Part shown: positions 24,063 through 29,494 of the stretch, piece after piece
Layout: each line of letters starts with the position of its first letter
Numbering within the stretch: position 1 is the stretch's first letter
IMG/VR virus record: IMGVR_UViG_3300005573_000230
Span: 1 to 29,494 of that record
Reading direction: 5' to 3' (one strand)
Origin: a virus
Lineage: Duplodnaviria; Caudoviricetes
Length of the DNA: 29,494 bases
Translations under genes and position numbers: made by a program
The notes under the pieces: generated by a model
What the model was told of the DNA's origin: nothing
What the model saw: the letters and a program-made list of their open reading frames with translations, nothing else
The model's database searches: none

Positions 24063-25037
24063 CTATCCAAACTTTCCTATGGAATAAACGTGATAAGTCC
24101 CATTGGTAACAATTCTATATCGCCCTGGATTCAAAGTTATAACAAAATTGCCAGATCTACTCCCAGATTGTACACTACTCGTTACCTGATACCAAGAAGA
24201 CCCATTTCTAGCTTCTAAATACCCATAACCATCTTCACCGAGGCTGTAATATATTCTAATCGTAAATGGTCTAATGAGATAGATTTCTCCTGAATATGCT
24301 AGCAGACTGTCATAATCATACGAATAACAAGCAATAGATCCTGCTGTAATTTGCCCACTCACTGAAAGCGATGGAGTCGACATAGACGACGATGCCGTTA
24401 CCATATAACCAGAGATCGTTCCTGAAGCCGAGACCGATCCTGCTGAGACTGACCCGCCTGTCGAGAATCCTCCTGCATAGATTGTACTAGAAGCCTCTAT
24501 TGTCCCTGCTACGTAGAGCGTACGACTAGAAGGATTTGAGGTCGTTCCTACAGAAACCCACGATCCGCCCTGGTTCAGATAAAGCGGTAGATATCCTGTC
24601 CCCGACCGGTAAGCTCGTACGTAACCATATCCAGATCCAGATCCTACCTCTGCATAGTCCGTTGCATTCGCATATACCTGCAAAGACCCTGCAAACGAGA
24701 TCGCCTGCCAGCTAGACCCTGTCCAAACCTTAAGCGTCCGGCCTACAGACGTATCTACCCAGATTCGGCCAGCGTCAGAAGAACCCAAGCTCGTAGAGCC
24801 GTCCGGTCTGACTGCAGGAGTCGAGCTCTGGTAATAAGCCTTGGCCGAACCGGGCTTGTGGATCATATCCTCAGAGACAGAGCCTCCACTAGAGCCGCCT
24901 TTACTCGTGTAGCTTGTATGCTCATTCTCCCAGCGTTCCCGAATATCGACTCGAATGCCTCGACCGGTTGTTCCTAACGTGCTTGGAGCATCCGTCTGTG
25001 CCGGGGTTAGTTCATAAGAGCTAGACCAAACAGCCAT
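24063..25037 (-). CDS. Tail fibre / spike protein
   Basis: S/G/T-rich; GRIWVDTS...LKVWTGSSW fibre motif; GSVSAGSVSASGTISG repeats; Tyr-rich distal domain. Confidence 0.65.
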   Translation of the reverse strand: MAVWSSSYELTPAQTDAPSTLGTTGRGIRVDIRERWENEHTSYTSKGGSSGGSVSEDMIHKPGSAKAYYQSSTPAVRPDGSTSLGSSDAGRIWVDTSVGRTLKVWTGSSWQAISFAGSLQVYANATDYAEVGSGSGYGYVRAYRSGTGYLPLYLNQGGSWVSVGTTSNPSSRTLYVAGTIEASSTIYAGGFSTGGSVSAGSVSASGTISGYMVTASSSMSTPSLSVSGQITAGSIACYSYDYDSLLAYSGEIYLIRPFTIRIYYSLGEDGYGYLEARNGSSWYQVTSSVQSGSRSGNFVITLNPGRYRIVTNGTYHVYSIGKFG

Positions 25038-25042
25038 AGTCT

Positions 25043-25516
25043 CTATCCTCCTTTCAAGACTTTAAAGACTCTCAGATCCGAAACCACCCCGAATTTAACT
25101 GTCCGAGAGCCGTATTCGATCGGATCCCACTCGACAGGCTTATGACCTGTTCCATCGTTTTTCACAAAATGGCTCATCCGCCATGTCCAGCGTTCAATGA
25201 CAAAGAACTTAGAAGCATCCAAGCTAAGCTTCGTCGGAAGCGGCCAGCCATTCGAGTTCAGGGGAATGCCCAGAGAATCCTGCGGGATAAACCGGATAGG
25301 CAAGCCAAGCTCTTCACAAAGAGCTGGATAGTCTTGAATCAAAAGCGTCTCTGGGTTGATAATCTTCTCGTCCTTGAGCCTAAGCCAAGCTTCATTCAGC
25401 TCTTCGGCAGACCAGATGTAGTCTTTGAATCTTTCCTTGGCTAAACACAAGCATAGAAACAAGCAGCCATCAGATTGAATCTCGCTTAATAGCCTGTGAT
25501 CTGTTTGATAGATCAT
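25043..25516 (-). CDS. DUF261-like papain-fold peptidase, putative endolysin
   Basis: QT...IQSDGCLFLCL (Cys), SHFV (His), WDP (Asp), GSRTVKFG...RVF; coupled to the spanin-like genes. Confidence 0.6.
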   Translation of the reverse strand: MIYQTDHRLLSEIQSDGCLFLCLCLAKERFKDYIWSAEELNEAWLRLKDEKIINPETLLIQDYPALCEELGLPIRFIPQDSLGIPLNSNGWPLPTKLSLDASKFFVIERWTWRMSHFVKNDGTGHKPVEWDPIEYGSRTVKFGVVSDLRVFKVLKGG

Positions 25517-25947
25517 TTTTTAGACTCCTCTAAAAAGCTAGACTCCCCAGAATCCAGACTCCTGCCAGACTCCCCACTCCGAGGAGAACCCAGCTCAGAA
25601 TCTTGACCTTTTCCTTCTCCTTCTCGTAGGAGATATTTAATTCTATCCAGTCTGCTTTGAGATTCTTCAAGTTTTCTTGTAGCTCGCTCGATAATGCTTT
25701 CTCCTTCGCTAAGCTCGTCTTGAGCTCGGTTAAGTCTGTCTTCGAGAGAGCTAGCTCGGCTTGTAGCATCCGATTCAAGTTCGCCAAGCTTTCGAGCTCG
25801 GTCTTGAGCTCGGTCAAAGTCTTCTCCCAGGCTTCGATTTCGGCCAGAAGTGCCTTGTCCCGGTCGAGATCGCCGCCATAGGCTAATCCCAAGAAACCCC
25901 AGCAAAGTAATAGACAGAATATCCAGAATCTTCCATAGCGTCTCCAC
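25513..25947 (-). CDS. N-terminally anchored coiled-coil protein, i-spanin-like (GTG start)
   Basis: TM segment LWKILDILSITLLGFLGISLW then heptads; GAGGAGG RBS 6 nt upstream; stop overlaps the endolysin start (ATGA). Confidence 0.6.
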   Translation of the reverse strand: METLWKILDILSITLLGFLGISLWRRSRPGQGTSGRNRSLGEDFDRAQDRARKLGELESDATSRASSLEDRLNRAQDELSEGESIIERATRKLEESQSRLDRIKYLLREGEGKGQDSELGSPRSGESGRSLDSGESSFLEESKK

Positions 25948-25949
25948 AT
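25530..25949 (-). CDS. Signal peptide + coiled coil + C-terminal TM protein, putative spanin partner (ATG start)
   Basis: MWRRYGRFWIFCLLLCWGFLGLAYG|G, leucine heptads, C-terminal ILSWVLLGVGSLAGVWILGSLAF; same RBS. Confidence 0.7.
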   Translation of the reverse strand: MWRRYGRFWIFCLLLCWGFLGLAYGGDLDRDKALLAEIEAWEKTLTELKTELESLANLNRMLQAELALSKTDLTELKTSLAKEKALSSELQENLKNLKADWIELNISYEKEKEKVKILSWVLLGVGSLAGVWILGSLAF

Positions 25950-25958
25950 GCGGCCTCC

Positions 25959-26723
25959 TCAGAGCAGAGCCTGATAGGGAGCTAGAGACATTTTCAAGAA
26001 CCCTGCATTCACGATCGAGACTGCCGATGGTTTACACTGCACGATGACTTCCCACTTCTCAGGGATTTCCAGATTCGGATCAAAGTCATAGACAATCCAG
26101 TTCACTCCTGTGGTGCTCACCGATCCCAGCTGGACGAATTGAATCAAGCCTGTGGGGGAGATCAGCTTCAGGTTAAAAGCCGCAAAGTGAGAAGTCGTTG
26201 CCTGGGTAGACGCCCAGAACTCCTTCAGCAGGGCTTTATATCCTGCAGGAACGGTGATCATTCCCATCTGGCAGTTGCCGTCTCCCGCCCCCGCAATCCC
26301 AAAGATCTTTGAGTTCGTTGCAGGGACTCCGCTTGACGGGGTATCTGAGGAGTCATATACATAGATATCCCCCGCATTCACACCCCCCGACCCAACTTCC
26401 AGAATGTCTATCCGAGGTTGGACACGGAAGAAATACTGCGTTCCTACAACCTTGGTCTGGCCATTGAGAACAAAGTCTTCATAGATCGGGTTATAGCTTG
26501 CATCTAGTCCGTAAACTCGAATCTTCCGGGCGCCCGTTCCCGAAGGGCTCGCATCGTTTGTGCTGGAGCTGGAGACTCCTAGCGTAACAGCCACAGTCGG
26601 CAACGTCCGGTTATGTGTCCGAGACCAGGCATCATATTGACCTGCCGTTCCCGATTGTAAAGACTTGAAGACTAGCTGAAAGTCTCCATAGATTTCATTA
26701 AGTTTTCCTTTCAATCTATCCAT
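25959..26723 (-). CDS. Conserved phage beta-rich protein, probably virion structural
   Basis: SSSTNDA..GTGARKIRVYGLDASYN...LNGQT...NAGDIYV...TVPAGYK, a pattern I recognise from uncharacterised phage proteins; AAGGAGG RBS. Confidence 0.5.
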   Translation of the reverse strand: MDRLKGKLNEIYGDFQLVFKSLQSGTAGQYDAWSRTHNRTLPTVAVTLGVSSSSTNDASPSGTGARKIRVYGLDASYNPIYEDFVLNGQTKVVGTQYFFRVQPRIDILEVGSGGVNAGDIYVYDSSDTPSSGVPATNSKIFGIAGAGDGNCQMGMITVPAGYKALLKEFWASTQATTSHFAAFNLKLISPTGLIQFVQLGSVSTTGVNWIVYDFDPNLEIPEKWEVIVQCKPSAVSIVNAGFLKMSLAPYQALL

Positions 26724-26738
26724 AAGAAATCCTCCTTT

Positions 26739-27014
26739 TTAGAGTCTCTCTGGCTCGTCTAGGCCTTGCGCCCGTGCACGATCTCGCAGGTATTGGAGTC
26801 TATTTTGCAAGCCCCGAGCCGTGATAGGCACATGATAGTGCTCACTGAGTATTTTGGCAAGATCCTGGATATTTTTCTTCTCTCCGTAGGTCAATAGAAT
26901 CTTGTCTATCTCAGGCCGAACCCACGAACCCGGCTTCGGTGGCAAGGCTTCAAGCTTCTTGACTAGATCGGGCGGGATGTCTACCGAGAAGTCATAGTCT
27001 TTGATCTTACTCAT
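26739..27014 (-). CDS. Small HTH/Myb-like protein
   Basis: WVRPEIDKILL...IQDLAKIL...TARGLQNRL; AAGGAG RBS. Confidence 0.5.
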   Translation of the reverse strand: MSKIKDYDFSVDIPPDLVKKLEALPPKPGSWVRPEIDKILLTYGEKKNIQDLAKILSEHYHVPITARGLQNRLQYLRDRARAQGLDEPERL

Positions 27015-27029
27015 AGACTCTAAGCTCCT

Positions 27030-27773
27030 TTAAAGACTCTCATATCTACACTCAGCTAAGCCTTTTAAGCCTAGCCGAATAGGCTCTATGTGAAATGCCC
27101 GCCCGGAGATTTCTAGAACTGCCACTCCCATATCATAGCCCCACTTAGAGATTGTCGATCCAAATCCCGAGAACGGATACTGCAAACAGGGAACAGAAAC
27201 GGCCGAAACAGGCTTCCCGTCTACAAAAGCATATCTATGCACATGCCCTCGGAGGACTAGGTCTGGAGGCGGCAAGCCCAGATAGACCGTATCCAACCAG
27301 ACCTGCCGGACGGACTCTTTCTTCAACGCTCCTTCTAGCCCATAAGGCGTCTGGCTATCTCGGCCTGTATGCCGAGCGTGAAGCCTCAGGTCTTCGATCT
27401 CGAAACGGCCTTCTCGAAGGACTTTGATGTTAGGTCTAGCATCTAAGAACTTCTCAAACTCGGCCGTTCCGTTTACATGCAGAGGAGTTCCCGTTAGAAT
27501 TCTAATAGTCTTGGCCTTGAGGAGTCTAATCACCTCCGAGGCCATCTTGATCTGCTCAACTCGGTCTAAGCTCACATGATCTATAACGTCTATGCCTCCG
27601 TCGATCAAGTCGCCTAGTAGGATCACTATGTCATAGTCCTCGGCAGTGATCTCTTCCCAGAAAGCCCAAAGCTTTTCTTGTAGATCCTGGAACTCTCCTC
27701 CTTGCCAAGCCGGTGGGGTAAGACCGAAGCTTGACCCGCAATGCCAGTCTCCTGTCAAGAGAACTCGCTTCAC
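27030..27773 (-). CDS. Calcineurin-like metallophosphoesterase
   Basis: TGDWHCG, LGDLIDG, GTPLH (in place of GNH), ARH, RGHVH. Confidence 0.85.
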   Translation of the reverse strand: MKRVLLTGDWHCGSSFGLTPPAWQGGEFQDLQEKLWAFWEEITAEDYDIVILLGDLIDGGIDVIDHVSLDRVEQIKMASEVIRLLKAKTIRILTGTPLHVNGTAEFEKFLDARPNIKVLREGRFEIEDLRLHARHTGRDSQTPYGLEGALKKESVRQVWLDTVYLGLPPPDLVLRGHVHRYAFVDGKPVSAVSVPCLQYPFSGFGSTISKWGYDMGVAVLEISGRAFHIEPIRLGLKGLAECRYESL

Positions 27774-28030
27774 TTCTTAAGCTCCTTGACTAGATCTACT
27801 CCTGCTCGACCGAATACCACTACCACCGAGACGGCTATCCAAGCCCAGGAGTCTAGCCGGCCAGCCCAGACAAGCCCCGCAGTTCCCAGTAAGACTACCC
27901 CTTGCATACTGGCAAGCTTCCAGATTAGCGCCAAGACTCGATGAGGAAGCTTGACCAAGATCTCCTTAACTGTCTCCGGATAGCCCAGCTCGGCCAGGCT
28001 AACAGGCTGATTTTCATTCTGATCACTCAT
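27770..28030 (-). CDS. Putative holin (two TM segments)
   Basis: 86 aa; GVVLLGTAGLVWAG and WAWIAVSVVVVFG, with a charged C-terminus. Confidence 0.55.
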   Translation of the reverse strand: MSDQNENQPVSLAELGYPETVKEILVKLPHRVLALIWKLASMQGVVLLGTAGLVWAGRLDSWAWIAVSVVVVFGRAGVDLVKELKK

Positions 28031-28048
28031 AGGCTTTCTAAGCTCCTT

Positions 28049-28363
28049 TCACTTGAACATGCCTCGCAAAACTGCTCCAATCATGCCGCCCAAAAAGGCC
28101 ATCAAGACGGCTTCCCAGACCCTTACAGACCGCTTCGTGATCTCTTCAATTTTGGTTAAGATGATATCTATCTTAGCCTCTAGCTTAGCGATCGATTGCC
28201 ACTGAGCGGCATCTCGTTCCTGGAATCGGGCTAAATCCTGCTCGACTTTGGTAATCCGACCGCCTAGCCCATTCAAGCTCTCTTCCAGCCCAGAGAGCTT
28301 ATCGGATAGGCTTTTATGAATAAACTCATGCTCGTTATAGGAGACAAACTTCTCTTCTGCCAT
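28049..28363 (-). CDS. XhlA-like coiled-coil membrane protein (holin-associated)
   Basis: Coiled coil RITKVEQD...IAKLEAKIDIIL and C-terminal TM VWEAVLMAFLGGMIGAVL. Confidence 0.6.
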   Translation of the reverse strand: MAEEKFVSYNEHEFIHKSLSDKLSGLEESLNGLGGRITKVEQDLARFQERDAAQWQSIAKLEAKIDIILTKIEEITKRSVRVWEAVLMAFLGGMIGAVLRGMFK

Positions 28364-28366
28364 AGG

Positions 28367-28543
28367 CTAGGATCTCCTTTTCCGAGACTTGCTCTTAGAG
28401 CTCTTTCTCGGCTTCTTAGACCGAGAAAGCCCGGCTTTGTCATAGGCAATAGCGACAGCCTGATCTTTTGGATACCCTGACCGAATCAACTCAGCGATAT
28501 TTTCGCTGATGATTTTTTTGCTTCGGCCTTTTTTGAGCGGCAT
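28367..28543 (-). CDS. Small basic phage protein (58 aa; not in the ORF track)
   Basis: AAGGAGG RBS; [38 protein letters not shown] plus a K/R/S tail; a widespread phage family motif. Confidence 0.85.
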   Translation of the reverse strand: MPLKKGRSKKIISENIAELIRSGYPKDQAVAIAYDKAGLSRSKKPRKSSKSKSRKRRS

Positions 28544-28559
28544 AGTTTAGAACCTCCTT

Positions 28560-28862
28560 TTAGAAATCTCGCTTGATTCCAGCGAGATCTTTTTGGCGCT
28601 TGATCTCTAGCAAGATCTGGCCTTTTGCTAGAGCTGTCAGAGTTTGATCGGATTTGACCGTGCTTTCTAAGAGTTCTAAGTCTGAGCTGTCTAAGTCGAC
28701 TTCTCCTGCTCGAAGCCTTAAGGCCATCTCATAGAGCTTGATTGAATCCCCGTCGGTGCGCTTGACTAGACTCGTCGAGACGACTTCAGCCATGTCTACC
28801 GGCGGATCAAACGACTGGCCATCTAAGTCTTTGATTTCTTTTCCTTTCAGTAAGATCTTCAT
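28560..28862 (-). CDS. Hypothetical protein of a type often found beside tail fibre genes
   Basis: IKDLDG...KLYEMALRL...VDLDSSDLELL; GAGGAGG RBS; ATGA overlap. Confidence 0.6.
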   Translation of the reverse strand: MKILLKGKEIKDLDGQSFDPPVDMAEVVSTSLVKRTDGDSIKLYEMALRLRAGEVDLDSSDLELLESTVKSDQTLTALAKGQILLEIKRQKDLAGIKRDF

Positions 28863-29134
28863 AGCTTTTTATCCTCCTCGAGATAGTCTATAAGATCTTT
28901 GTCTTCTATGGAAGGCCAAGAGACTTTCTCTGGAAAGCCTTTCTGTTGAGGTAGATCCCGAAGGGCTTGCCGATAGGCCAAGATCACTGAGAGCTTAGTC
29001 TTAAGCGGACTATCCGGTAAGACCATCCAGTCCGTTTCGGCAAGTTTTCGATTCCGCTCCGCTCGAACCTGCTCGGCGAGTCTCTTGAGCCGATCCTGCT
29101 CGACTTGCTCTTTAGTCTTTCCGACTAACTTCAT
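28859..29134 (-). CDS. Tail fibre assembly chaperone
   Basis: [19 protein letters not shown]...[19 protein letters not shown]; start set at AGGAG-N6-ATG 29134. Confidence 0.85.
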   Translation of the reverse strand: MKLVGKTKEQVEQDRLKRLAEQVRAERNRKLAETDWMVLPDSPLKTKLSVILAYRQALRDLPQQKGFPEKVSWPSIEDKDLIDYLEEDKKL

Positions 29135-29384
29135 GATAGTCTCCTGTGTCCCACTCAGGCCAAGCAAGCTGGCTATAGAACCTTCTTACCACAAGCCATA
29201 GCTCACCGGTCTCATCTCGTTTGGCTTCGAGAATTCTGAACTCTGTTTGCTCGGCTATATCCGGCCATTCGACTGAGTTTGGGTCAAATTCATAGATCTC
29301 ATCATCAATCTGGATCGTATTCTCGTCGAGATATTCTATCTTCGTATCTTTATCACTATGACAAGGGCTATATTTTACTCTCAT
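29112..29384 (-). CDS. Tail-fibre-associated hypothetical protein
   Basis: Acidic 90 aa protein between the fibre end and the chaperone. Confidence 0.65.
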   Translation of the reverse strand: MRVKYSPCHSDKDTKIEYLDENTIQIDDEIYEFDPNSVEWPDIAEQTEFRILEAKRDETGELWLVVRRFYSQLAWPEWDTGDYHEVSRKD

Positions 29385-29385
29385 C

Positions 29386-29494
29386 TTACTTCCACCTACC
29401 TATCCAAGTAACTCCTACAGTACAATTTCTCCAACTATCACTGTAATCATTCTCTATATCAAGGGTTATCGCACCATTGCTGTATTGCGCAATT
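29386..29494 (-). CDS. C-terminal end of a tail fibre (truncated by the window)
   Basis: ...[35 protein letters not shown]; the terminal IGRWK is typical of fibre tip domains; upstream of the chaperone. Confidence 0.65.
   Translation of the reverse strand, partial: IAQYSNGAITLDIENDYSDSWRNCTVGVTWIGRWK

Noticed and set aside
1-29494. TAG stop-codon reassignment suggested by abundant CTAG
   Set aside because: Long genes are intact in the standard code, and TAG ends several genes right before the next RBS or start (e.g. 3566, 11954, 28367).

Overview
A 29.5 kb fragment of a tailed dsDNA phage or prophage with two densely coded, convergent arms. The plus arm (1-14250) holds early and replication genes: a stand-alone Maf/DUF115-like glycosyltransferase, an XRE HTH regulator, a Cas4/RecB-like nuclease with a single-strand annealing protein, tandem wHTH proteins, a class-3 lipase, an SSB-like protein, a QueE-like protein lacking its Fe-S motif, a UDG-PolA fusion, a secreted transglutaminase-like protease, a DUF3987-type helicase and a double-HTH protein. 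The minus arm (14258-29494) holds late genes in podovirus-like order: tail fibre end and chaperones, holin-like genes, a metallophosphoesterase, a spanin-like pair, a DUF261-like putative endolysin, a tail fibre, nozzle, GNAT-fold protein and three ejection proteins. The host may be a spirochaete (inference only). The most striking observations are (1) two membrane-anchored coiled-coil proteins encoded over the same ~430 bp from overlapping ATG/GTG starts and one RBS, (2) a self-contained, apparently leaderless Maf-like glycosyltransferase unit, (3) the cysteine-motif-less QueE-like protein, (4) a structured leader upstream of ssb and (5) enrichment of CTAG. All family calls come from motif recognition by eye, not database searches. 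No integrase, primase, terminase, capsid, tRNA or CRISPR array was recognised.
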